64,000 bases of DNA, taken from NCBI GenBank assembly GCA_029560465.1, contig JAKQKX010000063.1, positions 3,796-67,795 of the forward strand, read 5' to 3'. Source of the DNA: Candidatus Omnitrophota bacterium. Lineage in GTDB: Bacteria; Omnitrophota; Gorgyraeia; Zapsychrales; JANLHA01. Position 1 is the first letter of the stretch. Every line of letters begins with the position of its first letter. Position numbers and translations under genes: made by a program. Below the pieces are notes generated by a model. The model did not search any database. It was not told where the DNA came from and worked only from the letters and a program-made list of their open reading frames with translations. This document shows positions 18,493-27,733 of the stretch, one piece after another.

Positions 18493-19284
18493 TTACCGGC
18501 CTTTCACTTCGTCGAATATTTTTTTCGCTTTTTTCACATCGGCGCCTTCGTGGATGACGGCTTGCAGGGCCCGCGCCATGGCCGCGGGGTGGGGGCTCTG
18601 CCAGACATTGCGGCCCAGGTTCACGCCGATGGCCCCGTCCTCTAGGCCGGAATAAACGAATTCAAACACTTCCGTTTCGGTTTCGCATTTTGGCCCGCCG
18701 GCGATCACGACCGGCACCGGGCAGCCGGCCACCACTTTGGAGAAATCTTTATCGCAGAAGTAGGTTTTCACCACCCGCGCGCCCAGCTCGGCGCAGATGC
18801 GGCAGCACAGGGCCAGGTAGCGCGCCTCGCGTTTGTCCATTTCCTTGCCCACGGCTGTCACGGCCATGACCGGCACGCCGTACGGCTCACACAGGTTCAC
18901 CATTTGGGCCAAATTGGACAGCGTCTGTTTTTCATAATCGCTGCCGATGAACACCGACACGCCGACGGCGCTGGCGTTCAGGCGTAAAATTTCGTCTATC
19001 GAGGTCGTCAGCGTTTCGTTCGCCAGGTCCTGGCCCACCATGCTGGTGCCGCCGGACACGCGCAGGATCACCGGCTTGGAGGTTGCCGCGTCGATGCAGG
19101 CGCGCAAGGTGCCGCGCGTCACGAACAGGGCGTCGCAATATCCGATGACCGGCTTGATGGTTTCGGCGGGTTTTTCCAGCCCGGACGTCGGCCCCTGAAA
19201 ATAGCCGTGATCGATCGGCATAAAGAAACATTTCCCGTCCGGTTTAATAAGCTGGCTCAAGCGGTTCTTCATTCCCCAGTCCAT
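18493..19284 (-). CDS. Class I aldolase of the DhnA/FbaB-LsrF-AroA' (DeoC-like) family
   Basis: About 260 aa TIM-barrel-like sequence with FMPIDHGY...VKTYF (Schiff-base Lys context); 6-bp gap to the downstream Zn-ADH, so probably one operon. Confidence 0.7.
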   Translation of the reverse strand: MDWGMKNRLSQLIKPDGKCFFMPIDHGYFQGPTSGLEKPAETIKPVIGYCDALFVTRGTLRACIDAATSKPVILRVSGGTSMVGQDLANETLTTSIDEILRLNASAVGVSVFIGSDYEKQTLSNLAQMVNLCEPYGVPVMAVTAVGKEMDKREARYLALCCRICAELGARVVKTYFCDKDFSKVVAGCPVPVVIAGGPKCETETEVFEFVYSGLEDGAIGVNLGRNVWQSPHPAAMARALQAVIHEGADVKKAKKIFDEVKGR

Positions 19285-19458
19285 GGCGCCTCCTTGTTGT
19301 CAATGGCCCGATATTTTTTAAGAGTACTATGAGCTACTTTATCCATTCCCCGCCGAAAAATCAAGGTAATTTTTCCGCTAAAAATGATATAATCTAACGC
19401 GGTTTCGCGGGCTTAATAACAGAGGACTGGTGTTCTATAAGGAAGAAGGGAATCCGTC

Positions 19459-20637
19459 ATGCACACGTTCGCGTATCAGAAAAATCAGCGTTATTTCGCG
19501 CAAATCGCGGATGGGCTGGAGGACTTGGGGAAGGAGGAGCTCGCCCGCCTCGGCGCGACAGACGTGAAGCCCTCCTACCGGGGGATTTATTTCTCGGCCG
19601 CCCCGGCCGCCCTGTACCGCGTCAATTACAGCGCCCGGCTCATCAGCCGGGTGATGGCCCCGTTGTTGACCTTTGATTGCCACAGCGACCGGTATTTATA
19701 TAAAACCGCGCGGTCCCTGCCCTGGACCGATTTGCTGACCCTTAAAACCACGTTCGCGGTGTTCACCAACGTGGCCAACAGCAATATCCGCCATTCGCAA
19801 TATGCCTCGCAGAAGCTGAAAGACGCGATCGTGGACCAGTTCCGGGACGCCTGCGGCGACCGGCCGCAAGTGGAACCGTTGTCCCCCGACGTCTGGATCA
19901 ACCTGTATATCCACAACAATAAAGCGACGATCAGTTTGGAGACGTCCGGCGGGTCTTTGCACCGCCGCGGCTACCGGCAGGAATCGGTGGAAGCGCCGAT
20001 GCAGGAAACGGTGGCGGCCGCGGTCATCCAGTTAAGCGGCTGGGACGGGGAACGGCCGCTGTACGACCCCATGTGCGGCTCCGGCACGTTGTTGACCGAA
20101 GCGCTCATGCGCGCCTGCCGGATCCCGTCCGGCTACCTGCGGGCGCGTTTCGGATTTGAGCGGCTGCCGGATTTTGACGCCGCGGTTTGGGGTAAAGTGA
20201 AACAGGAGTGCGACAAGCAAATCCGGCCCCTGCCGGCCGGGCTGATCGGCGGGAGCGACGTGTCCCGGGCCGCGGTTGAGGTGGCGCAAAAAAATTGCCG
20301 GATGCTGCCGGGCGGGGGGCAGATCACGATCAAGACGCGGCGTTTTCAGGATATCGAGGCCCTTGAGGACGCCGTGATTATCTGCAATCCGCCTTACGGC
20401 GTGCGCATGAACACCGCCCGGCAGGCGTCGACACTGCTCAAGGAATTCGACACCTTTTTGAAAAAGCGCTGCCAGGGGTCCACCGCCTACGTGTATCTCG
20501 GCAAAAAGGAGCTGCTGCCCCAGATCGCGCTTAGGCCAACCTGGAAAAAGCCGCTCAAGAACGGCGGCTTACAGGGTTTCCTGACAAAGTACGAGATCGC
20601 GGGGGAAAAGAAGGGGAAAGGAAGCGGACGCCATTGA
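19459..20637 (+). CDS. THUMP-domain class I SAM-dependent RNA methyltransferase (RlmL/COG0116-like)
   Basis: N-terminal THUMP-like region, DPMCGSGTLLTEA (motif I) and NPPYG (motif IV). Confidence 0.8.
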   Translation: MHTFAYQKNQRYFAQIADGLEDLGKEELARLGATDVKPSYRGIYFSAAPAALYRVNYSARLISRVMAPLLTFDCHSDRYLYKTARSLPWTDLLTLKTTFAVFTNVANSNIRHSQYASQKLKDAIVDQFRDACGDRPQVEPLSPDVWINLYIHNNKATISLETSGGSLHRRGYRQESVEAPMQETVAAAVIQLSGWDGERPLYDPMCGSGTLLTEALMRACRIPSGYLRARFGFERLPDFDAAVWGKVKQECDKQIRPLPAGLIGGSDVSRAAVEVAQKNCRMLPGGGQITIKTRRFQDIEALEDAVIICNPPYGVRMNTARQASTLLKEFDTFLKKRCQGSTAYVYLGKKELLPQIALRPTWKKPLKNGGLQGFLTKYEIAGEKKGKGSGRH

Positions 20638-20663
20638 AGCGGCCCTGTTTATCTGTGTTTAAT

Positions 20664-20866
20664 TTGGGGGACATGTACCTAATTCGCTTATGAATTAGGT
20701 GCGTGTCCCCGGAATTTACTGCTTATACGACGTTCCGGATAAGTGATATTACAGGGCAAATGGATACCATTTTATAAAAAACAGGGCTATAATAATGAAA
20801 AATCGGGGTAAAAATTGAATTATTCAAATGCCAAGAAACAACGCCAACCAGCAAATGGATAAGTCG
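20664..20866 (+). repeat. Copy 1 of a ~200-bp repeated intergenic element containing a 19-bp-stem hairpin (20667-20710)
   Basis: Near-identical to 27733-27972 (a few substitutions plus a 47-nt indel). Hairpin GGGGACATGTACCTAATTC-GCTTAT-GAATTAGGTGCGTGTCCCC. Lies between a GC-rich upstream gene and an AT-rich downstream cassette. Confidence 0.85.
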
Positions 20867-20905
20867 TTAAAGAAACGTTCGGCATGGAAACGCATATAAC
20901 ACAAA

Positions 20906-22054
20906 ATGACTATTGATCAAAAATATCAAATTGATTTTGTATTAGTAACTCACACCAAAGGTATCTTTTTTAATCCACATCGTCCTGAAGGTTTAGCGTT
21001 CACGCCTTCCACTAAAACAGGGTTGCGTTTCGTTCTCAAGCCATCAGACCCAAAAGGCGATGCGTGTGGTCATCGGGAGGGACTTGAATGCAGACTTTAT
21101 TCATCATATCCGGCAACGAAAGAACAGTTTGATTTTGTAGTTGCAATAAATAATCATAGGGTTATGCTTCGCGTTGCTGATGATATTTCTCTCCCATATA
21201 AACCGAAAGAAGAAATCCTTATAAATAAGGATGGTAAATACAAAGACGGTTTTTCTCCGCGTCGTTATTTGTGTCCATCTGATATTCAACAACTAATAAA
21301 AAATGTCGAGTCGGAACTAGCCTCTCAAACAAGTCAGTTTCTTAAACTGCTTCGATGGCGTCAAGGGATTGATGCTCCAGGCGAAGTTATAGAACACCGA
21401 TCACTTTACTGGAAAGTTGAAGCGGGGGATTGTCATTCAGTCCCTTTAGACGGTGGGTCGCACCATACGGTTGTAGTGCCGGAGATGTATGGCATACATT
21501 GGGATTCTGCTGATTCAGTAGATTTACAAAAGCTTTGGGCACAGGATGATATTGCAGAGCCCCTTGGGCATGCTTTAGTAAGAGAAGCAGCAGCTCTTGC
21601 TTCCGAGTCTCCAAGGAGTGCAATATTAATTATGACAGCAGCACTTGAAACAGCGGTTAAAATGCATATTAGCAACATTGCGCCTGATACGGATTGGCTA
21701 ATGGAGGAAATACCGTCACCACCAATTTTCAAGATGCTACGAGACTATATCCCTTTAATTCATGGTAGACGAGGCAGTGGGTTAGTCTGGTGGGTGAATG
21801 TGAACCCCTTTGTTAAGAAGGTGCAGAAACTTATTGAACTTCGTAACAAGGTCGCGCACACTGGGAAAATTCCTCAGGATGCTGCCCCCATTCATGAGAA
21901 CCTCGAATTAGTATCCGATCTGCTCTATTTGTTGGATGTGTTGGCTGGTCACGATTGGGCAAAGTCACTTGCAAGTCATAAATTTCGTGAAGCACTTGGT
22001 TGGCCCAACCCAACTCATGGCAGGACGACAAGCAAGATAACATGGGGACATTAG
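20906..22054 (+). CDS. AT-rich hypothetical protein with C-terminal HEPN-like domain (Rx4H motif; DUF4145/Apea-like)
   Basis: GC far below window average. C-terminus ...ALETAVKMHISN...VKKVQKLIELRNKVAHTGKIP contains the R-x4-H HEPN signature after a conserved helix; N-terminal ~250 aa unknown. Confidence 0.5.
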   Translation: MTIDQKYQIDFVLVTHTKGIFFNPHRPEGLAFTPSTKTGLRFVLKPSDPKGDACGHREGLECRLYSSYPATKEQFDFVVAINNHRVMLRVADDISLPYKPKEEILINKDGKYKDGFSPRRYLCPSDIQQLIKNVESELASQTSQFLKLLRWRQGIDAPGEVIEHRSLYWKVEAGDCHSVPLDGGSHHTVVVPEMYGIHWDSADSVDLQKLWAQDDIAEPLGHALVREAAALASESPRSAILIMTAALETAVKMHISNIAPDTDWLMEEIPSPPIFKMLRDYIPLIHGRRGSGLVWWVNVNPFVKKVQKLIELRNKVAHTGKIPQDAAPIHENLELVSDLLYLLDVLAGHDWAKSLASHKFREALGWPNPTHGRTTSKITWGH

Positions 22055-22275
22055 AACTAAACAAAGTGGGAATGCCGAACAAGCGCATTCACGCGGGCGC
22101 CGCTACGCGTCGCCGGTGATGCACAGGCGTTAGATGTAAAATAAGGAACAATAATGGACATAATTTCCCCATTAATAATAGTAGTTTTATTTTACAGAAT
22201 TAAATTAGGTGATGAGCGAAAATTCGGGATATTAGCTTTTGATATTCCTAAATAGTAAGCGTTCGGGGGTAATTA

Positions 22276-23268
22276 ATGATGGATAACGCAAAATTGATAT
22301 TTCAACAGTTCGCAAATGATGGTATTGACTATATTTATCAGAATATACTAAGTAAGTCATTAGAAGATACATGGGTTGAATGTAAAGGCAAAAGCGATCC
22401 CTCGCACCCAACACTAGACGAAAAGGATAAGTCAAATTTTGCAAAGAATTTGTCTGGTTTTGCTAATACAAGCGGTGGCGTTTTAATTTTTGGGTTAAAA
22501 GCAACAAAGAATTCAGAAGGATTTGACGTCGTTACAGGGGTACAGCCTATTAAAGACATAGATTCATTTGAAGCTGCTTTAAGAGAACAGGAACCTCGTA
22601 TAGTTGAAAGGGCAATATCAGGAATAGAATATAAAAGGATTTATACTGACAAAAATAAAAAAGAAGGCATTTTGCTTGTTTATGTCCCCGAGAGTACCAA
22701 TCCGCCTCATAGAAGTGTGAAAGACAAACATTTTTATCTGCGGGCTGGAGGGTCTTGTTATCCAATGGATTTGCCTCAGATTGAAAGTTTGGTACTTAAA
22801 AATATAAAACCAGAATTAGAAATAGATTTCTTTTTTCTTACGAATATGAATATATCAGATCCCCAGCAAGATTCAAGGGTGGATTTCATTATGGATTTTC
22901 AAATAAAAAATATCGGTAGAGCCATGGCCAAGAATATATTCGTAAGATTAGAGTTTCCTGGTGGGGGTATATATGAAATTTTCCCAGCTAAAAAAGGTGT
23001 CTATGATAAAGCCAACACGGAAACAAAAAGTGTCGTCTACGATTGGCATTATGATAAACCTATCCATCCTAATATATGCGTTCCAATAGAAGAGGCGACG
23101 CTTTTAGTATCTTGTAACTGCAGAATACCTCTTAGTTTTCCTCGATTCTTATTTGATGTTTCCATTTGTGCCGAGAACATGACATTGAAGTCAAAGAATT
23201 ACAATAAAAGCGGAGACGAAATGTTTAAGTTATTAATGGATCGAGGGGTAAGAAGAAAAATAACATGA
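22276..23268 (+). CDS. AlbA_2 / Schlafen-like (divergent AAA, putative DNA-binding) domain protein
   Basis: EDTWVECKGKSD...LSGFANTSGGVLIFGLK matches the AlbA_2 core (E..E.K....AFANT.GG.L..G). AT-rich. Confidence 0.6.
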   Translation: MMDNAKLIFQQFANDGIDYIYQNILSKSLEDTWVECKGKSDPSHPTLDEKDKSNFAKNLSGFANTSGGVLIFGLKATKNSEGFDVVTGVQPIKDIDSFEAALREQEPRIVERAISGIEYKRIYTDKNKKEGILLVYVPESTNPPHRSVKDKHFYLRAGGSCYPMDLPQIESLVLKNIKPELEIDFFFLTNMNISDPQQDSRVDFIMDFQIKNIGRAMAKNIFVRLEFPGGGIYEIFPAKKGVYDKANTETKSVVYDWHYDKPIHPNICVPIEEATLLVSCNCRIPLSFPRFLFDVSICAENMTLKSKNYNKSGDEMFKLLMDRGVRRKIT

Positions 23269-23283
23269 TGAGTCCTAGTCGAG

Positions 23284-23361
23284 TTATCACATCCTCGGCA
23301 TTAACGCCGTGATGTTTTTTGTCATCGTTGCCGCTGCGCTTTATGGCAAGTCAACCGCGCT
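23284..23361 (+). pseudogene. 78-bp fragment of the cation-diffusion-facilitator gene (identical to 30234-30311)
   Basis: Perfect nucleotide identity over 78 bp to the internal part of the CDF gene at 30132-30773 (encodes LGINAVMFFVIVAAALYGKSTALLA); flanks differ on both sides. Confidence 0.85.
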
Positions 23362-23463
23362 GCTGGCTCTTTGGGGTGTCCATAACAACCGCATGAACCG
23401 GATCGTGTCCCTGTTGGGCCACTCCGGGTTATGCGCGGCGTTCGACGAAGAAAGGAGGACGCA

Positions 23464-24090
23464 ATGAAATTCAACTGCATAAACTGCGGACAGAGCTTGG
23501 AGGCTGATTCAGACATGGCCGGGACTTCGGTGACATGCCCGGTTTGTTCCAAAGACATAAAAGTGCCGGGCCCGAAGGACCAGCCGATCCGAGTCCGACG
23601 AACGACCCCACCGCCAGTTCCTCAACAGCCTTTTTCAGAGACATCCCCGCTCAACACGGGATTACAGCCCAGAAGCTTCTTCGGCACCGCGTCTATGATC
23701 TTTGGGGTCACGTCCCCTCTGTTTGCGCTTGGGTTCGACTTCCTGATGTCCCTGCAAACGGGTGTACCTTTCGGGAGAATGCTGACCATATCCATACCGA
23801 CGGGATTTATGTTCGGGCTCCTTTTCGGGCTGATCATGGCCGCATTCCTGAAAGCAGACACCATCACTGTCAACATCCGGGATAGAGATGACTTTGTCTC
23901 TCGAATCAATGTGGCCATGTCTCAGATCGGTTTCTATCCGGAAACGGGATCAGGCAACTTCCTGATCTTTAAACCTTCCTTTTGGGCCGGATTGATGTCC
24001 GGACGGTTTTCAATAGTAATTCAAGGCAGCAAAGCGACAATCGTAGGCCCGAGTAAGTATCTGAAGAATATCCAGAAGAGGTTCGTATAG
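23464..24090 (+). CDS. Zinc-ribbon (CxxC...CxxC) membrane protein, hypothetical
   Basis: MKFNCINCGQ...VTCPVCSK, then a Pro-rich linker and 2-3 TM helices; strong RBS GAAAGGAGG; GC like the host core genome. Confidence 0.55.
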   Translation: MKFNCINCGQSLEADSDMAGTSVTCPVCSKDIKVPGPKDQPIRVRRTTPPPVPQQPFSETSPLNTGLQPRSFFGTASMIFGVTSPLFALGFDFLMSLQTGVPFGRMLTISIPTGFMFGLLFGLIMAAFLKADTITVNIRDRDDFVSRINVAMSQIGFYPETGSGNFLIFKPSFWAGLMSGRFSIVIQGSKATIVGPSKYLKNIQKRFV

Positions 24091-24202
24091 GTAGTGCCGA
24101 ACAAGCCGGATGCATGCGACGGCTTGCAGCCGCGCGTGATGCGCAGGTGTTATTTTAGTTGATTTCATTGCAATTACTTATCATATATGTTAAGATTATG
24201 GC

Positions 24203-24841
24203 ATGGAATTTGAAGAGTTTGTGTATAAAGTACAAGATTTGCCGGTTATCATTACAGAATATTTTTCTGCCGGGCAGAAGGATAGTCTGCCGATGGAGGT
24301 CCAGTTAAGTCGTTGGAAAAAGTCCGGTAAAATTATTCAACTCAAGCGGGGGGTATATCTTTTAGCAGAACCTTACCGAAAACGGCAAGTTTACGAATTT
24401 TATCTTGCAGGCCTTCTCCAACAGCCTTCCTATATCAGTTTGGAAAAAGCTTTTGAATTTCATAATCTTATCCCTGAAGCCGTAAATAGCTTTACCAGCG
24501 TTACTCCTAAAAGACACGCATGTTATGAGACCCCTGTTGGTCGTTTTGATTATCGGCACATTCGAGAGTCATTATTTTGGGGATATCAATCCGTAACCCT
24601 TTATGGCCAGACGGCGTTTATGGCTTTGCCTGAAAAGGCGCTTTTGGATTTTTTTTATCTTTCCCCGCATGAGCCGGATGAAGATTATTTGAAGGAGATG
24701 CGTCTGCAAAATTTAGATTTAATTGAACCTGAAAAAATGGAGTATTTTTCGCGTAGATTTGGAAAGCCGAAGTTGCGGCGCACCGCCGAGGCGATGATCA
24801 AACTGTGTGAAAAAGAAAGACAGGAAGAAAAAACGTTATGA
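24203..24841 (+). CDS. abiEi: AbiEi-family antitoxin / transcriptional regulator (type IV TA, abortive infection)
   Basis: About 210 aa with an N-terminal winged-HTH-like region; 4-bp ATGA overlap with the downstream AbiEii nucleotidyltransferase gene. Confidence 0.65.
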   Translation: MEFEEFVYKVQDLPVIITEYFSAGQKDSLPMEVQLSRWKKSGKIIQLKRGVYLLAEPYRKRQVYEFYLAGLLQQPSYISLEKAFEFHNLIPEAVNSFTSVTPKRHACYETPVGRFDYRHIRESLFWGYQSVTLYGQTAFMALPEKALLDFFYLSPHEPDEDYLKEMRLQNLDLIEPEKMEYFSRRFGKPKLRRTAEAMIKLCEKERQEEKTL

Positions 24842-25659
24842 AAGATTATTGTTTAGAACTGGCGGCTGCTAAAAGTGGGTATGACGCTAAACTCAACACG
24901 ATGCGGGAATATTTACAGGCGTATATTCTGCGAATTATGCAACAACAGCATATTTTTAGAACGACAGCTTTTATGGGTGGTACGGCCTTAAGGTTCATAT
25001 ATAAATTACCCCGTTTTTCTGAAGACCTGGACTTTTCTCTGGTTGATCAACCGGATTGGAAGTTTGCCGATTTGATTGCCAATATTAAAAAACAATTTAT
25101 GGATGCTGGATATAATATTCATGTCAAATACAAGGATCAGAAAACAGTGCAACATGCTTTCTTCCATTTTGATCAACTTTTGTATGATGCGGACCTGTCA
25201 CCTATACGAGATCAAAAATTCAGCATCAAATTGGAGGTTGATACCAATCCACCGCTGGGTGCGGGAGTAGAAACAAAGGTTTCCAATATCTATTTCCCGG
25301 TCAGTTTCTTGACGTACGATCTGCCATCTTTGTTTGCCGGAAAGCTTCACGCTTTGTTGAGCCGCGGGTTTACCAAGGGCCGTGATTTTTATGATTTGGC
25401 CTGGTATCTTTCCCGCTTTGATGGTGGGATTAAACCAAATTTCAACATGCTTAATCATGCGCTTGTGCAGTCCCATTGGCAGGGGGCGGAGTTAAATGAA
25501 AAAAACGGGTGGTCTGAATTAACAAAAATCGTCAAGGCGGCTGACTGGAAAAAGGTCAGAGAGGATGTTGAGAAATTCCTTGAAAATCCCAAGGATATGG
25601 ATGTTTACACGCAAGAGACTGTGTTGGGATTAGTGGCGAGTTGGGATAAAGAAGAATAA
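24838..25659 (+). CDS. abiEii: AbiEii/AbiGii-family nucleotidyltransferase toxin (DUF1814)
   Basis: FMGGTALRFIYKLPRFSEDLDF matches the GGTAL...R.SxDxDF nucleotidyltransferase motif of AbiEii. Confidence 0.8.
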   Translation: MKDYCLELAAAKSGYDAKLNTMREYLQAYILRIMQQQHIFRTTAFMGGTALRFIYKLPRFSEDLDFSLVDQPDWKFADLIANIKKQFMDAGYNIHVKYKDQKTVQHAFFHFDQLLYDADLSPIRDQKFSIKLEVDTNPPLGAGVETKVSNIYFPVSFLTYDLPSLFAGKLHALLSRGFTKGRDFYDLAWYLSRFDGGIKPNFNMLNHALVQSHWQGAELNEKNGWSELTKIVKAADWKKVREDVEKFLENPKDMDVYTQETVLGLVASWDKEE

Positions 25660-25771
25660 TCAGCGCCTGGCTCCCGGGGACGAAAAATCATATGGCCGCC
25701 CCGCCCCTCCGACCGTAAGAATGAAAAATGGGCCGGTAACCGATATTTCCAAACGAAAGGCTGGATAACCT

Positions 25772-26314
25772 ATGAACATGGCATCACGGCTTCTTCTTTT
25801 AACCGTATTCGTTAGCGTGTGTTCCGGATGTTGTGTCGCGTATGTTGTCACCGTGCCTGCCGCCGTAGTCAGCGCTGCTTTTATGAAAAAACATAAAGTC
25901 CATACTTCACAAGAGGTCCGCACGAAAGATGGCGCGCACGTTTATTTCTTGCAGCTGTCGGTCCCCCTGACAACGCTTCAAAAGGCCGACGGGCCGGAAC
26001 TGCTTTTTTTCTCGGTCATTGCGCGATCGCAATTTAATCCTGCAAAACCATGCGTATATCGGATATTTGCGCAAAAGATCCGGGATGGGAAAGAAGTCGG
26101 CGGCCCCGCCGTGGTCCTGGAATGGCGAATCAAGCATCCCCATGAGCCCCGTTGGGATATACAGGAGTTGTTTTTTGATCCCGTCAGAATGATTTCAGAT
26201 AAAAGGATAAGGGATACCGGAATCATCTATCGCGTTCGGGGCAAGAAAGCGGAGCGGGAACAATTTCTGGCTGTTCTTGAGAAAGACATTCTGGGCCGGA
26301 TTACCCAGGAATAA
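25772..26314 (+). CDS. Hypothetical lipoprotein/secreted protein
   Basis: Signal peptide with Cys-rich end LLLLTVFVSVCSGCC. Confidence 0.45.
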   Translation: MNMASRLLLLTVFVSVCSGCCVAYVVTVPAAVVSAAFMKKHKVHTSQEVRTKDGAHVYFLQLSVPLTTLQKADGPELLFFSVIARSQFNPAKPCVYRIFAQKIRDGKEVGGPAVVLEWRIKHPHEPRWDIQELFFDPVRMISDKRIRDTGIIYRVRGKKAEREQFLAVLEKDILGRITQE

Positions 26315-26352
26315 TGAGGGGGATTCTGACGGTATTATAAAGAAGGAGAATC

Positions 26353-26592
26353 ATGGATAAACAGATTTTTATATCTTTAGCGTGTATCATCGCGGGATTA
26401 TTCAGCTCAATTTGCGCCGGGATGGATTTTGATTTTTTTATGAATCACAGAAAAGCCCGATTCTTTGTGAAAATATTGGGCAGAAACGGCGCTCGGATTC
26501 TTTATGTTTTACTCGGCATCGCCATGATTATTGTTGGCGTTGGTTTTTTTACCGGGATCATCCCCTTGCAAGGGGAGCCTGTTTTTCAGTGA
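26353..26592 (+). CDS. Small membrane protein (2 TM), hypothetical
   Basis: ORF track; two hydrophobic helices; RBS AAGGAG. Confidence 0.35.
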   Translation: MDKQIFISLACIIAGLFSSICAGMDFDFFMNHRKARFFVKILGRNGARILYVLLGIAMIIVGVGFFTGIIPLQGEPVFQ

Positions 26593-26687
26593 TAAATAAT
26601 TTTGATAACGCCCGGCCTGATTGCCCGCTTTAAAACGGGGGGACAACTGCCGGGTGAACTCATGCGTCCGGCCGGGAGGATAAAACC

Positions 26688-27491
26688 ATGGCAAAAGCAT
26701 ACGTTCACGGATACGATCCGCGGGAGAACATTCGCTTACAGGATCAGGCCACCACCTTGGTTGACCTGCTGCATTCGGACACGGCCTATCCGGCGGGAAG
26801 CCGCGTCCTGGAAGCCGGCTGCGGAGTCGGCGCGCAAACGGTGACCTTGGCGAGAAACAGCCCCGGGGCGTCCATCGTGTCCATTGATATCGCGGAGGAA
26901 TCGCTCGCGCAGGCGGAGCGGATTGTCCGGGCGGCAGGGATGCCCAACGTCCGGTTCCAGCAGGCGGACATCTACCACTTACCCTTTGCCCCGCAATCAT
27001 TTGACCACGTCTTTGTTTGTTTTGTGCTGGAGCACTTGAGAGAGCCGGGCGCTGCCTTGCGGAAGCTGAAAGAGTGCCTGCGGCCGGGCGGAACCATCAC
27101 CGTCATTGAAGGCGACCACGGCTCTGCCTGCTTTCATCCCGACAGCGATGCGGCGCGCGCCGCGATTCACAGCCAGGTCGAATTGCAGTCTCGCGCGGGC
27201 GGCAACGCGCTCATGGGAAGGGCGCTGTATCCGTTGCTGGTTACAGCGGGCTATCGTGATGTCCGGGTGTCCCCCCGGATGGTATATGTTGATTCCAGCA
27301 AGCCGGAACTGGTCGACGGATTCACGAAGAAGACATTTACGGCGATGATCGAGGGTGTGCGTCAATCGGCGATCGAGGAGGGCGTCATCGAGCCCGCGCT
27401 GTTCGACCAGGGAATCAAGGACCTGTACCGAACGGCCGAGCCCGACGGCACATTCTGCTACACCTTTTTCAAAGCCCTGGGAAAAGCATGA
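26688..27491 (+). CDS. Class I SAM-dependent methyltransferase
   Basis: VLEAGCGVGAQTV motif I, acidic motif II ISIDIAEE, FDHVFVCFVLEHL; RBS GGGAGGA. Confidence 0.75.
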   Translation: MAKAYVHGYDPRENIRLQDQATTLVDLLHSDTAYPAGSRVLEAGCGVGAQTVTLARNSPGASIVSIDIAEESLAQAERIVRAAGMPNVRFQQADIYHLPFAPQSFDHVFVCFVLEHLREPGAALRKLKECLRPGGTITVIEGDHGSACFHPDSDAARAAIHSQVELQSRAGGNALMGRALYPLLVTAGYRDVRVSPRMVYVDSSKPELVDGFTKKTFTAMIEGVRQSAIEEGVIEPALFDQGIKDLYRTAEPDGTFCYTFFKALGKA

Positions 27492-27520
27492 ACGCCGAAC
27501 CATGAAAGGAGATTCTTAAC

Positions 27521-27733
27521 ATGCAGGTATTGGGGGTTTTGCTGTTGATCGCTGGTTTGGTCTTTGGAGCCGTTGGTATCTGGAGGAAAAAGAATCCTGG
27601 AGGCCCTGTCTTCTTTGGTCATGTAACGGACAGCATCCGGGACCTCTATGGTGTTAAAACGCCTGGCCATTGGCCGATCATCGTGGGGGCAATTTTGTTC
27701 CTGGCCGGCCTTGTCCTCGTGCTGCTGAAGTAG
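27521..27733 (+). CDS. Small 2-TM membrane protein
   Basis: Two TM helices; RBS AAAGGAG. Confidence 0.45.
   Translation: MQVLGVLLLIAGLVFGAVGIWRKKNPGGPVFFGHVTDSIRDLYGVKTPGHWPIIVGAILFLAGLVLVLLK

Noticed and set aside
26509-27503. 163-aa and 168-aa minus-strand ORFs
   Set aside because: Antisense to the SAM methyltransferase gene, which has clear motifs I and II
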